Below, in pieces: positions 9,919-19,615 of a DNA stretch of 64,000 nt (position 1 is the stretch's first letter; each line of letters starts with the position of its first letter). Location: positions 19,637 through 83,636 of the forward strand of contig CALXMK010000007.1 of NCBI GenBank assembly GCA_944389455.1, read 5' to 3'. The notes beneath the pieces were generated by a model, which was not told the DNA's origin, made no database searches, and was given only the letters and a program-made list of their open reading frames with translations. Source of the DNA: an uncultured Verrucomicrobiota bacterium (GTDB lineage: Bacteria > Verrucomicrobiota > Verrucomicrobiia > Limisphaerales > UBA1412). The position numbers and the translations under genes were made by a program.

Positions 9919-10572
9919 TTGAATAAGCTTAAAAAAGATAACGTCAAAGAGATGGCAGAAGAAGTTGAATACGCTTCTATGAGTGATGGAGAACTGATCC
10001 GATTGTCCAGAGAAGGGGATACGTCTGCATTTGGGATTTTGATCAGTCGGCATCGAGACAGGGTATATGGGCAGGTTTTTAAAATGATCCCTAACCATGA
10101 TGGAGCGTTAGATCTTTCTCAAGACGTATGGGTAAAAGTTTGGACTCGATTGTATCAGTTTCAAGGGGATTCCCCTTTTACAACTTGGCTTACAAGAATT
10201 GCAATCAATGTCTGCTTGGACCATATTCGTAAAAAACGCCGTCGGCCGATAGAAGAATCTATTGAAGAACTAACAGAAAAGAACGGAGACGGTGATTGGG
10301 TCCCGACTGTGAAGGTTGATCCATTAAAAGGTATGGCGAGAGAAGAGGTTTTAGTTCTTCTTGAGGAAGCTTTTAAGGGAATCTCTCCAGAACAGCGGAC
10401 TGCTCTTGAATATATGTATTATGAGCAGCTGGAGTATAAAGAGATTGCTCAGCGGATGAATTGCTCACATGGGACTGTAATGTCTAGATTGTTCTATGGA
10501 AAGAAAGCGTTAATGAAACGTTTAAAGTCTATTTTAGAGCAGCGTGGGATAGATTTGAAAATAGAAATTTAG
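9919..10572 (+). CDS. ECF-family sigma-70 factor (start may be ATG 9952)
   Basis: DLSQDVWVKVW, FTTWLTRIAINVCLD (region 2), LEYKEIAQRMNCSHGTVMSRLFYGKK (region 4). Confidence 0.9.
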   Translation: MNKLKKDNVKEMAEEVEYASMSDGELIRLSREGDTSAFGILISRHRDRVYGQVFKMIPNHDGALDLSQDVWVKVWTRLYQFQGDSPFTTWLTRIAINVCLDHIRKKRRRPIEESIEELTEKNGDGDWVPTVKVDPLKGMAREEVLVLLEEAFKGISPEQRTALEYMYYEQLEYKEIAQRMNCSHGTVMSRLFYGKKALMKRLKSILEQRGIDLKIEI

Positions 10573-10574
10573 TT

Positions 10575-11069
10575 ATGAGAGATCAGGATATTGAAAAAAT
10601 GATTTTATGGGCGGATGGGAAATTGTCTCCTGAAGAAGCCTCTAAGGTGGAATCAGAGTTCCTTTTAGATGAGGAACTAGTTAAAGAATCCCGCCAACAG
10701 AAGTATGTCTCTGCTCTCTTAGATGATTTATTCAGACCAGCAGCGGTTAAACCGCAGATTTCGGAAGAAGCTTATTTTAGGGGAATCTTGAATAAGCTTG
10801 ATGGCCAAATAAACAGTAGGCCTGTTAATATACAAAAAAGAAATTTTTGGTTGAATTTAAATCGTTCTATTAAAGTTGGTTCTGTAGCTGTAGCAGCTAT
10901 AGTTATTGCTTTAATTTATTTTCATGCTCCTGTCCAGATGGGAAATGCCTCTTCTGTAGCTATGATTACAGAGATAGAAACCGGAGATGGAGTAACAACA
11001 ACCACTTTAGAAAGTGACTCTATCTGTATCGAGTGGATCAATACTACTTACATTTCAGATGGTAGATAA
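10575..11069 (+). CDS. Putative single-pass anti-sigma factor
   Basis: 2 nt after ECF gene; N-terminal DGKLSPEE helix typical of anti-sigma domains; one TM segment (VGSVAVAAIVIALIYF). Confidence 0.65.
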   Translation: MRDQDIEKMILWADGKLSPEEASKVESEFLLDEELVKESRQQKYVSALLDDLFRPAAVKPQISEEAYFRGILNKLDGQINSRPVNIQKRNFWLNLNRSIKVGSVAVAAIVIALIYFHAPVQMGNASSVAMITEIETGDGVTTTTLESDSICIEWINTTYISDGR

Positions 11070-11104
11070 GAGAATATAGAGTTATCAGATTTAAATTAGA
11101 ATTT

Positions 11105-11620
11105 ATGAATCGTTTAACTTTTTTATCCAGATTAGGATTTATATGTCTAGCGATGACCTTTTTGTTTTTTGGGATAAGGGTCGCAGCACAAAGTTCTCAA
11201 TTTTCTGATGAGAACCTCCTGTCTCTGAAGTTTCAACTTATTTGGGGAACCAATATGGATTTAACCGGCAAGAAGGTTAAGTTTAAAGAAGTTGATGATG
11301 AGGTAAAAAGACGTTTGGGTGAATTTTTAAAATGGAATGCCTATTATGAAATTTCTTGTCAAAGAATTCAGTTGAAAGATTCAAATGAACAAACTGTAAA
11401 GATGTCCAAAAAATGTGAAATTAAAGTCAAACGCATAGGCCCAAATGTAATAGAGGCAAAACTTTTTGGAGAGGGGAAATTATTGTTGAAGAAAAAAGCA
11501 AAGATTACCAAAAATAAGCCTCATTCTTTAGCTGGAAAAAATGAAGCAAATGCTGATTTCTGGTGTGTTTTTATAAGTTTGGATGACACGTCTTCAGAAA
11601 CTGATTCTTCAAAGAAATAG
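11105..11620 (+). CDS. Hypothetical exported protein, third gene of ECF unit
   Basis: 171-aa ORF with hydrophobic signal-like N-terminus, co-oriented, followed by terminator. Confidence 0.7.
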   Translation: MNRLTFLSRLGFICLAMTFLFFGIRVAAQSSQFSDENLLSLKFQLIWGTNMDLTGKKVKFKEVDDEVKRRLGEFLKWNAYYEISCQRIQLKDSNEQTVKMSKKCEIKVKRIGPNVIEAKLFGEGKLLLKKKAKITKNKPHSLAGKNEANADFWCVFISLDDTSSETDSSKK

Positions 11621-11664
11621 AATATATTTTATACTAAAAACATATTTTATTTATAGATAGTTTG

Positions 11665-11693
11665 TCCGTCTTGTTTTACAAGGCGGATTTTTG
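11665..11693 (+). terminator. Intrinsic terminator
   Basis: TCCGTCTTG-TTTTA-CAAGGCGGA then TTTTT. Confidence 0.7.
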
Positions 11694-11919
11694 TATTTAG
11701 AATGTGTTCTGGAGATTTAGTGTGCGTGTTATTTTAAAAAAGATGTGTCTTTCTCTAAAGAAGCTGTTTTGTGCAATAGATAGATATTCTCTTTGAACTT
11801 ACTTTTAATTGGTTATATTATTTGAATTATGAATTATCTAGCATAGATTTTTCTTTTAATGTACTGTCTGTTTTTATGTTCAAATTTAAACTTTGAGAAG
11901 CTGATTTAGAGGTGATATA

Positions 11920-13920
11920 ATGGAAAAATGTATAAGAGACTTGCAATCACAATTGATTGAGAAATATGGAGTTGGACAGAAAAATAGGATTCAGCGTGGA
12001 GTGTGGCAGGTAGCTCAGATATGGCGGGCGGAAGATGGAACTTTAGATGATTTTAAGTCTTTTATAATAAATTACTTTGTTGGAGAAGAAGAATTAAAAG
12101 ATGAGCTTTTTAAAAAGTTTGAAAAACAGATTGAGAATCTTGATGGGTATAATTTAATAGTAGAGCTTGGATTGAGAGAACCGATCGATTTAAATTCGGG
12201 ATCTATTGATGAGGTTGATAAAATTTTTGCAGCTTATAATCCAGTTGCTCATTTATTAGATGATTTTTTTAAGAATAAGTTGGCTCATATTGTCCTTTTA
12301 AATTTTCCTGTAACGAATTTAGCAGAACGACTTAATGAAGGGGAGAAATGGACTCGACGGGAGTGGGCTGAAACTCGTTTAGCTTCTCGATTTTCTAAAC
12401 GAATATCTGCGGATATTATCCAAAAAATGAGCGAAGCCTTTTTGGCCGCAGAGGCATATATCAGTGAGTACAAATTTTGCATGGATCATGTTGTAACAGG
12501 AAATGGAGAACGTCATTTTCAGAAAGGTCTTAAACTGATTTCTCATTGGGATTTGCGAGATGAGATCCGAGGGCTTTATAGCGATAAAACAGATAATCCT
12601 GCCCATGTTTTCTTTAAACAGCGGATGATTCAAGGTATTATGGAAAAGATAGTTTATCAGGATGTTCCATTAGCTATTATTAATAATCCTCATTTAGATT
12701 GGAATGTAGAAAATAACACAGTAAGTATTTCTCCTATAAAAGAGGAGGGATATGAAGAAAAACTTTCAATTGAACCTTCCATAGAGTCAGAAAAGAATCT
12801 TCGTTATGCTAAGCTTTATAATATATATAAAAGTTGTAGGTTAGAGGATAGTTGTTTCAAGGATCAATCTACCTATATTGAACGTGATTTCAATGAAGTA
12901 AAAGAGATGCCGGAGGAACGTGTTAGATCTATTTTGACTGAGGTTCTAACTGCTCCAGAGTTGAGAAAGATTGCTTCTCTGATATCGAATCGAGTAGATC
13001 GCCCATTGGAACCATTTGATCTTTGGTATTCTGGATTCCAACCCAGAGGAGATTATTCTGAAGAGTATTTAGATAAAATTTGTAAAGAACGTTATCCGAC
13101 TTTATCTGCTTTTCAGAAAGATATTGTCAATATATTAGAAAGACTTGATTTTTCTCCGGAAAAAGCATCTTATATTGCCAATCAGATTATTGTAGAACCT
13201 GCTCGTGGTGCAGGTCACGCTGTAGGAGCGGCGATGCGTTATGGGAAATCTCATTTGCGTACTAATGTCTCTTTGGATGGAATGGGATATAAAAGCTTTA
13301 ATACGGGGATGCATGAGTTAGGACATTGTGTTGAACAAACAATATCTCTACATTGGATCGATGAGTATTTTCTCAATGGGGTGCCTAATACCGCTTTTAC
13401 AGAGGCAATGGCATTTATTTTTCAAGGAAAAGATATGCGGATTTTGGGATTAAGTGAGTTGAATGAAGAACAACGAGCATATAAGGCACTGAATGATTTA
13501 TGGATGACTTATGAAATAGCGGGCGTCAGTATGGTTGATATGGATATCTGGCAGTGGATGTATCAGCATTCTTCAGCGACACCAGAAGAACTTAGGGATG
13601 CTGTAATCTTAATTTCTAAAGATATTTGGAATCAGTATTATGCGTCGGTTTTTGAAATAAAGGATTCTGTTTTACTTGGAATTTATTCACACATGATATG
13701 TTATGGAATCTATTTGCCGAATTATCCGCTGGGGCATATTATCGCATCTCAAATAGAGCATTATATTGAAAGGAATGGGAAAATAGGCCCTGAAATTGAA
13801 CGTATGGCTAAAATTGGAGATATTACACCTGATCTTTGGATGAAAGCAGCAACTGGTACACCAGTAACACCTCGACCAATGATTGAGGCAGCTGCTCATG
13901 CTCTTAAAAGATGGGATTAA
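11920..13920 (+). CDS. Uncharacterised gluzincin-type Zn metallopeptidase-like protein
   Basis: HELGH (HExxH), downstream PNTAFTEAMAF (third-ligand Glu candidate), YLPNYPLG; GAGGTG RBS; no signal peptide (in-frame stop at 11902). Confidence 0.7.
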   Translation: MEKCIRDLQSQLIEKYGVGQKNRIQRGVWQVAQIWRAEDGTLDDFKSFIINYFVGEEELKDELFKKFEKQIENLDGYNLIVELGLREPIDLNSGSIDEVDKIFAAYNPVAHLLDDFFKNKLAHIVLLNFPVTNLAERLNEGEKWTRREWAETRLASRFSKRISADIIQKMSEAFLAAEAYISEYKFCMDHVVTGNGERHFQKGLKLISHWDLRDEIRGLYSDKTDNPAHVFFKQRMIQGIMEKIVYQDVPLAIINNPHLDWNVENNTVSISPIKEEGYEEKLSIEPSIESEKNLRYAKLYNIYKSCRLEDSCFKDQSTYIERDFNEVKEMPEERVRSILTEVLTAPELRKIASLISNRVDRPLEPFDLWYSGFQPRGDYSEEYLDKICKERYPTLSAFQKDIVNILERLDFSPEKASYIANQIIVEPARGAGHAVGAAMRYGKSHLRTNVSLDGMGYKSFNTGMHELGHCVEQTISLHWIDEYFLNGVPNTAFTEAMAFIFQGKDMRILGLSELNEEQRAYKALNDLWMTYEIAGVSMVDMDIWQWMYQHSSATPEELRDAVILISKDIWNQYYASVFEIKDSVLLGIYSHMICYGIYLPNYPLGHIIASQIEHYIERNGKIGPEIERMAKIGDITPDLWMKAATGTPVTPRPMIEAAAHALKRWD

Positions 13921-13960
13921 TAGATTTTAGAAAAGCTTTATATTTAGTGGAGGAAAGTAA

Positions 13961-14509
13961 TTGAAAGAGGATCAACTGAAGACAAAGACTGAATTCTTTC
14001 TCCATCCAGAGGAGGAAGAGGAGGATTTGCCACAATGGATGTTGGCATGTGTTAAGCCTCGTTCTGAGAAAAAATTTGCTCAATATTGTTCAGAACGAAA
14101 TATTCAGTATTGTCTTCCTCTTTATAAAAGCATCAAAAAATATCCAAGGAAAAAGCTTATTTTCTATAAACCTTGTTTTCCTGGTTACGTTTTTCTTTAT
14201 ACGAAGGAGAAGAACCGTATTAACCTATACCAATCCTTCTATTTACTCAAGTTGATTAAAATAAAGAATCAGAAATTGTTTATCAATCAATTAGAATCTA
14301 TCCTATTAGCAATTGAATCTGGGGTGGAACTAATTCCTGCCAAAGAGTTTAAACCAGGAACAATTGTTCAGATTTGTCGGGGTCCTATGCAGGGAATTGT
14401 AGGAGTTATTCAGAAGATAAAAGGAACTTGTATGGTTTATTTGAGTATTGATTTTATTTCTCGGGGAGTATTAGTGGAAGTGGATATAGATAATATTGAG
14501 AGCCTGTAG
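13961..14509 (+). CDS. NusG paralogue (UpxY/RfaH/LoaP-like antiterminator)
   Basis: NGN domain (WMLACVKPRSEKK...LP...PCFPGYVF) plus KOW (PGTIVQICRGPMQGIVG); TTG start. Confidence 0.85.
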   Translation: MKEDQLKTKTEFFLHPEEEEEDLPQWMLACVKPRSEKKFAQYCSERNIQYCLPLYKSIKKYPRKKLIFYKPCFPGYVFLYTKEKNRINLYQSFYLLKLIKIKNQKLFINQLESILLAIESGVELIPAKEFKPGTIVQICRGPMQGIVGVIQKIKGTCMVYLSIDFISRGVLVEVDIDNIESL

Positions 14510-14512
14510 ATG

Positions 14513-15253
14513 TTATTTTTTTATAGGACGACGGCGTAATCCATTTTCAAAAAGTAAAACCCACACTCGGTAAACTGCCTCTAGAACAATACGAAATGAC
14601 ATTTTAGAGGTGCCATTTTGACGATCTGTAAAAGTGATGGGATGTTCCGTGACTTTTAATCCCTGGCGCCAAATTTTATGAGTCATTTCAATTTGAAAAC
14701 TATAACCATTGGAGCGGATGGCATCCAAGTCAATAGAAGCAAGGGTATTCCGTCGAAAACATTTGAATCCTCCAGTTGGGTCTGAAAATGGCATTCCTGT
14801 AATAATTCTAACATATTTACCTGCACCGATGCTAAGTATTAGTCGATTTAGCGGCCAGTTAATAACTCGAATTCCTCCTTTATATCGAGTCCCTAAAACT
14901 AGATCGGAATTCTTTGCTAATTGAATAAGTTTGGGTAAATCTTCTGGGTCATGAGAAAAATCAGCATCCATCTCACAGATGTATTCATAGCCATGTTCTA
15001 ATGCCCATTTGAATCCGCAACAGTAAGCTCTCCCGAGGCCATCTTTTACAGAACGATGAAGAACATACATCCTTTCAGGTGCTTGTCGAGCCAGTTCGTC
15101 TGCCAACTCTCCAGTGCCGTCGGGAGAATTGTCATCGACAATTAGCAAATCGATAGAGTATGAAAGAGAAAATATTTTTTTGCTGATCTTTACAATATTT
15201 TCTCGTTCGTTATAGGTGGGGATGATAACTAAAGCTTTTTCAGCAGTATTCAC
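14513..15253 (-). CDS. Polyprenol monophosphomannose synthase-like GT2
   Basis: IIPTYNEREN, VDDNSPDGTG, EMDADFSHDP, NGYSFQIE; GTG start. Confidence 0.9.
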   Translation of the reverse strand: MNTAEKALVIIPTYNERENIVKISKKIFSLSYSIDLLIVDDNSPDGTGELADELARQAPERMYVLHRSVKDGLGRAYCCGFKWALEHGYEYICEMDADFSHDPEDLPKLIQLAKNSDLVLGTRYKGGIRVINWPLNRLILSIGAGKYVRIITGMPFSDPTGGFKCFRRNTLASIDLDAIRSNGYSFQIEMTHKIWRQGLKVTEHPITFTDRQNGTSKMSFRIVLEAVYRVWVLLFENGLRRRPIKK

Positions 15254-15255
15254 AA

Positions 15256-15939
15256 TTAATATTCAGATTCGTCTTCAGCTTTTACACTGCTGACCCAGGA
15301 AACACCATCAAGAGAACGGATATGATTTAAAAGTTCATTGGTACGATTGGGATCTCTCATTAAAAGCCGATATGAGAGATCCATACCTTGAACTCCATCA
15401 ACAGTTCTCTGGCTGGCAATAGTTGTTTTGGAACTATATCGATTGAGTAAGTTCAATAAAGTAGGAAGATCTGTGTCTGTTTTATCCCAGTGAAGGTTAA
15501 GGACTAAGTCGTAGCGGTTGCGGGATCCAAAAGAGGTCAGAGAAATATAAAAGAGAATAGTTAACGCAGCTAGTGTACCGATAATAACTGTAGTGTATTT
15601 TTGGGTTCCACTGGCCATACCGATGAAAAGTGTGCAAAGAATATAAACAGTGTCCAGAGTGTCTCGTAAGACGTTTCGGAAACGTACGATTGCAAATACA
15701 GCCATCATTCCAAAGGCTGTAACCAGATTGTTATCCAGCACTGTCATGACTAACGCGGTTAAAACAGGAATGACTAATAGCGCACTGACAAAAGTTCTGG
15801 AATAGGACATTCCAGAATGTGTTTTAATGTAGCAAAGTGCTAAAGCATGCCCACATAGAAACGCAAGAAGTATCGAAAGAATGAGAGCAAAAACATTTGT
15901 AGGGGTTGGAGCAACATCTCCAAAAAGTAACCAATCCAT
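15256..15939 (-). CDS. DUF4956-like membrane protein
   Basis: Several TM helices, AIVRFRN motif, soluble C-terminal domain; follows VTC gene as is typical for this family. Confidence 0.8.
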   Translation of the reverse strand: MDWLLFGDVAPTPTNVFALILSILLAFLCGHALALCYIKTHSGMSYSRTFVSALLVIPVLTALVMTVLDNNLVTAFGMMAVFAIVRFRNVLRDTLDTVYILCTLFIGMASGTQKYTTVIIGTLAALTILFYISLTSFGSRNRYDLVLNLHWDKTDTDLPTLLNLLNRYSSKTTIASQRTVDGVQGMDLSYRLLMRDPNRTNELLNHIRSLDGVSWVSSVKAEDESEY

Positions 15940-15957
15940 ATTAAAATCCTGATTCTA

Positions 15958-16791
15958 TTATTTATTTAAGAGACGTTTTATTTCTTCTAAATTCATAGGT
16001 GTTGGTTGCCAATTATTGATTTGAGGCAGAGGCAGATCAAGAGACTTGGATGATGTAAACATTTTGTCTTCGCCTAAAGCAATAATTCCTTCACAATATT
16101 TAGCAGCACCGGTCTGTGCCAAACCGAAGGTTTCAACAAGTTCTCTAAACCAATGGGGAAAACGCCCTGTAAATTTCAGTTCTAAAATGACGTGTTTAGC
16201 AAGTTCTGTTGATGTAGAGCGCGAACGATCGGCTTTGAGATTAAGAGATAGTTCTCGTTCTGCACTGACAGCACGATCAAAAGTAAGACGAACAGAGTTG
16301 TTTTCTTTGGTAACCCATGCTTCACGTAGATATGAAATATGGACTTTAGGCTTAGCATGGAGAGATCTGGTCAAATAAACAAAGTTCTGAAGTGACTGAA
16401 GACTTTTGGCGTCATTTTTAATCATGAATTCAGGACGGATATTACCCCGTAAGGCGTCTTCGACATATTCCCGTTTGATCCCAGCACGTTGTTTCATAAT
16501 ACAGTAATTAAGTCTGCGCTTAATTTCAAAAAAGACAGGACTCTGCTCATTATAAAACCTAAGTCTGAGTTTAAATCGGTTTTTAGTGCCGTTAATTGTT
16601 CCCCAATAGAGTCTCAGATCATCAGAATCAAGATAATGACTGTGAATAACATAGGAGTTATTCGGTTTGCCTACAGCATATTCATCTAATTCTAGATAGC
16701 TGCTGGCAAAAGCTCGTATGCCCAAAGCAACCTCTTCATTGATGAGGTACTTTAGCTCAAAACGTTGTTGTTGCATTTTGTCTTCAGACAT
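15958..16791 (-). CDS. VTC-domain (polyphosphate polymerase-like, CYTH superfamily) protein
   Basis: RFELKY, YLDS, RFKLRLRFY, FFEIKRR, YLREAW, RLTFD, ILELKF, KYCEG. Confidence 0.88.
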   Translation of the reverse strand: MSEDKMQQQRFELKYLINEEVALGIRAFASSYLELDEYAVGKPNNSYVIHSHYLDSDDLRLYWGTINGTKNRFKLRLRFYNEQSPVFFEIKRRLNYCIMKQRAGIKREYVEDALRGNIRPEFMIKNDAKSLQSLQNFVYLTRSLHAKPKVHISYLREAWVTKENNSVRLTFDRAVSAERELSLNLKADRSRSTSTELAKHVILELKFTGRFPHWFRELVETFGLAQTGAAKYCEGIIALGEDKMFTSSKSLDLPLPQINNWQPTPMNLEEIKRLLNK

Positions 16792-16917
16792 TGTCTAATC
16801 CCTTTCGTTGAGAAGCAAAAATGCTCCAAAAAAAAATTCTACTTCAGAATATTATATCTGTCCAGTCAATACTCTATTGCCTTGAGAATGTTGTCTCACT
16901 CTGCAAAATAAAGTATT

Positions 16918-16935
16918 AAGCAAACTACATGCCAA
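16918..16935 (-). promoter_or_regulatory. Putative sigma54 (-24/-12) promoter for VTC operon
   Basis: Minus strand TTGGCATGTAGTTTGCTT: exact GG-N10-GC spacing, about 125 nt upstream of the VTC ATG. Confidence 0.6.
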
Positions 16936-16984
16936 ATTGTTTTTTTAAATTTTTAATCGAGAAAAATAGGGAGATTAAGTTGTG

Positions 16985-17479
16985 TCAAAATTGCTGTTTT
17001 TTGGCTAGCCGTCGTTCACGAAAAAATTTCTGGATTATTTGTCGAGCTTCTTCTTCTTTTACTTTGGAAGTAATATCGCAACGATGATTTAGGGTAGGAA
17101 ACTGGAGGATATTCATAGCAGAACCAGCTGCTCCTGCTTTGGGGTCAGAGAGAGCAAAGACAACTCTCTTTATTCGAGTATGAGAGATTGCTCCTGCGCA
17201 CATGGGACATGGTTCTTTAGTAACATAGAGAATGCAATCGGTTAAACGCCAATCACCTAAAGTAGATTGAGCTGCAGTTAAGGCTATCATTTCAGCATGA
17301 GCTGTAGCATCTTTAAGGGTTTCAACTTGGTTAAAACCTTTACCGATAATGTGATTATTGTGAACGATAATAGCTCCAATAGGTGTTTCTCCCAATGAAT
17401 ATGCTTTGAGGGATAGCCTTAAAGCTAACTCCATGTAGTATTCGTCGTTATTGGAATCAATGATTGATGAAGCAGTCAT
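16985..17479 (-). CDS. tadA: tRNA adenosine(34) deaminase
   Basis: HAE and EPCPMC Zn motifs, DPKAGA. Confidence 0.92.
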   Translation of the reverse strand: MTASSIIDSNNDEYYMELALRLSLKAYSLGETPIGAIIVHNNHIIGKGFNQVETLKDATAHAEMIALTAAQSTLGDWRLTDCILYVTKEPCPMCAGAISHTRIKRVVFALSDPKAGAAGSAMNILQFPTLNHRCDITSKVKEEEARQIIQKFFRERRLAKKQQF

Positions 17480-17496
17480 TTAATTGTATATGGAGG

Positions 17497-18522
17497 CTAT
17501 TTATGATAAAAACCTAATTTGTAGAGGATCGCATAGATAAAATGTCGATGAAATCCAGGATAAGGAATGGCTTTCCAGAGGGTTTTGAGCGATAGATTTG
17601 GAAAGTTAGACATAATTTCAAACGAGACAATCTGTCGTCGAATGAGGTTCTGAATGATAAATTCTATGCGAGTATATTCTCGAATTAATTTTGGATCTTG
17701 TGTTTGTGCGGCAATAGTACTGATATCAATCAGATGTTGAGCAAAATATTGAATGAAGCAACAGTCACCCTTAGCTCGTTTTTCATATTCTTTTTTAAGA
17801 TTCGTAGGTCGTCCTGAGTTAGTAGTGCTTTCAGGGTGTGTGCGATAGCGAATGAGCTTCTCTTGAATATGTGCAATCCGTCCTATTAGCAGGGCTCGGA
17901 AAGTGATGATAAAATCCCAGCCCAGGAATTCCTTAGATATAGGTGGAAAAGAGTCGCTGACGATACGTTTCCATGCCATATTTGTTCCACCAGGGCCCAT
18001 CCCGGAACCTAAGGTGCGTGCTTTGATATCCTGAAGTTTGACTGGCGAATGGCGTTTGTAGAGTCGAATATGTTTTTCATATACCGGGTTGCTTAGGGCA
18101 TCAATCGAAAGATTGTCACACCATAGCATCATTGTTTCTGCTCCAAGGCGAGTGAATTCTTCGTATATCCTCATGACGCGATTAGGTTCAGAAATGTCAT
18201 CCCCATCATTCCAGATGATCACTTCTCCAAGAGGAAGTTTCATAGCCAATGAAGCAGCGCCGGCAATACCGAGATTTTCAGCGTTCTTGTGAAGAATAAT
18301 TTTATGGGGACCTTTGTAATTTCGTACCTCTTCTTCAATAATTTCCCAAGTGTGATCAGGTGAGGCATCATCGCAAACGATAATTTCTAAATTTGGATAG
18401 GTTTGATCAAAGGCACCCTTTAAAGTTTGACGAATATATTTTTCCTGCTTATAGGCTTGGATTACAAGTGAGTACAACGGATATTCCTGTGCTTTTTTCA
18501 TCACAGGAGTTGAATTCGCCAT
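17497..18522 (-). CDS. Glycosyltransferase family 2
   Basis: IVCDDASPD, NDGDD, YRTH. Confidence 0.85.
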   Translation of the reverse strand: MANSTPVMKKAQEYPLYSLVIQAYKQEKYIRQTLKGAFDQTYPNLEIIVCDDASPDHTWEIIEEEVRNYKGPHKIILHKNAENLGIAGAASLAMKLPLGEVIIWNDGDDISEPNRVMRIYEEFTRLGAETMMLWCDNLSIDALSNPVYEKHIRLYKRHSPVKLQDIKARTLGSGMGPGGTNMAWKRIVSDSFPPISKEFLGWDFIITFRALLIGRIAHIQEKLIRYRTHPESTTNSGRPTNLKKEYEKRAKGDCCFIQYFAQHLIDISTIAAQTQDPKLIREYTRIEFIIQNLIRRQIVSFEIMSNFPNLSLKTLWKAIPYPGFHRHFIYAILYKLGFYHK

Positions 18523-18550
18523 ATATGTTTACTTTTTTTGTTTATAATAA

Positions 18551-19606
18551 TTATGATTTGCTTTTGTAATGGATAGAGGAGAGCCGTCTCAATCGATCAG
18601 CAGCTTGTTCTGCTGTTAAGTCACGCTGTGGTTCTGCCAGCATCTCATATCCTACCATGAATTTCTTTACCGTTGCCGAGCGAAGTAATGCCGGATAGTA
18701 ATGAGCATGAAGTTGCCAGTGATCATTCTCTTTTCCGTTAAATGGAGCTCCATGCCATCCCATAGAATAAGGAAAGCTGGTTTCAAAGAGGTTGTCATAA
18801 CGGGTTAGGGCTTCTTTCATGATGGAAGCCAAAGAAGATTGTTGCTCAAGAGTCAATTGTGAAAGTCTTTTGACTGGGAAAAGGGGCAATAAAAGATACT
18901 CAAAGGGCCAAGTTGCCCAAAAAGGAACTACTACAATCCAGTCTTTATTAGCACAGACAACACGTTTCCCATCTTGGAGTTCAGCTTGAGCATAATCGAG
19001 TAGAAGTAAATTGCCATGTTGTTTGTAATAAACAAATTGACATTCATCTTCACGTGAGACAAGCAGAGGAATAAAACTGCTTGCCCAGATTTGTCCGTGG
19101 GGATGAGGATTGGAACATCCCATTACGGAGCCTTTGTTTTCAAAGATTTGAACCCAGCGATATTTTTGGGAAAGTTCTTCCAATTGTGACTTCCAAAGTG
19201 CAATAACTGTTTGAATTTCTTTAATTGAGAGTTCAGGAAGGGTAAGATCATGTCTTGGAGAAAAGCAAATGACACGACATTCTCCTTGAACAGGTTCTAC
19301 TTTAAAGAGGTTTGCAGGAAGATTTCCTAAAGGAGATTCAGAGGGAGATTCTGGCATTTCTGGTAGAAGAGCAGCAAAATCATTCCGAAAAGCAAATGTA
19401 TGTGTATAAACAGGATTTTTGATTCCACCTGCGCGTTCGTTTCCAGGGCAGAGATAGCATTTAGGGTCGTATTGGGGACGCGAATCCGTTACTTTTTCCT
19501 GCTGTCCAAGCCAAGGCCGTTTGGTGCGATGAGGAGATACCAGAATCCATTCACCGGTAAGTGGATTGAATCGTCTATGAGGATGTTGATCAAATTGAAA
19601 TTGCAT
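18551..19606 (-). CDS. galT: Galactose-1-phosphate uridylyltransferase
   Basis: [33 protein letters not shown]. Confidence 0.96.
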   Translation of the reverse strand: MQFQFDQHPHRRFNPLTGEWILVSPHRTKRPWLGQQEKVTDSRPQYDPKCYLCPGNERAGGIKNPVYTHTFAFRNDFAALLPEMPESPSESPLGNLPANLFKVEPVQGECRVICFSPRHDLTLPELSIKEIQTVIALWKSQLEELSQKYRWVQIFENKGSVMGCSNPHPHGQIWASSFIPLLVSREDECQFVYYKQHGNLLLLDYAQAELQDGKRVVCANKDWIVVVPFWATWPFEYLLLPLFPVKRLSQLTLEQQSSLASIMKEALTRYDNLFETSFPYSMGWHGAPFNGKENDHWQLHAHYYPALLRSATVKKFMVGYEMLAEPQRDLTAEQAADRLRRLSSIHYKSKS

Positions 19607-19615
19607 AATTTATGA

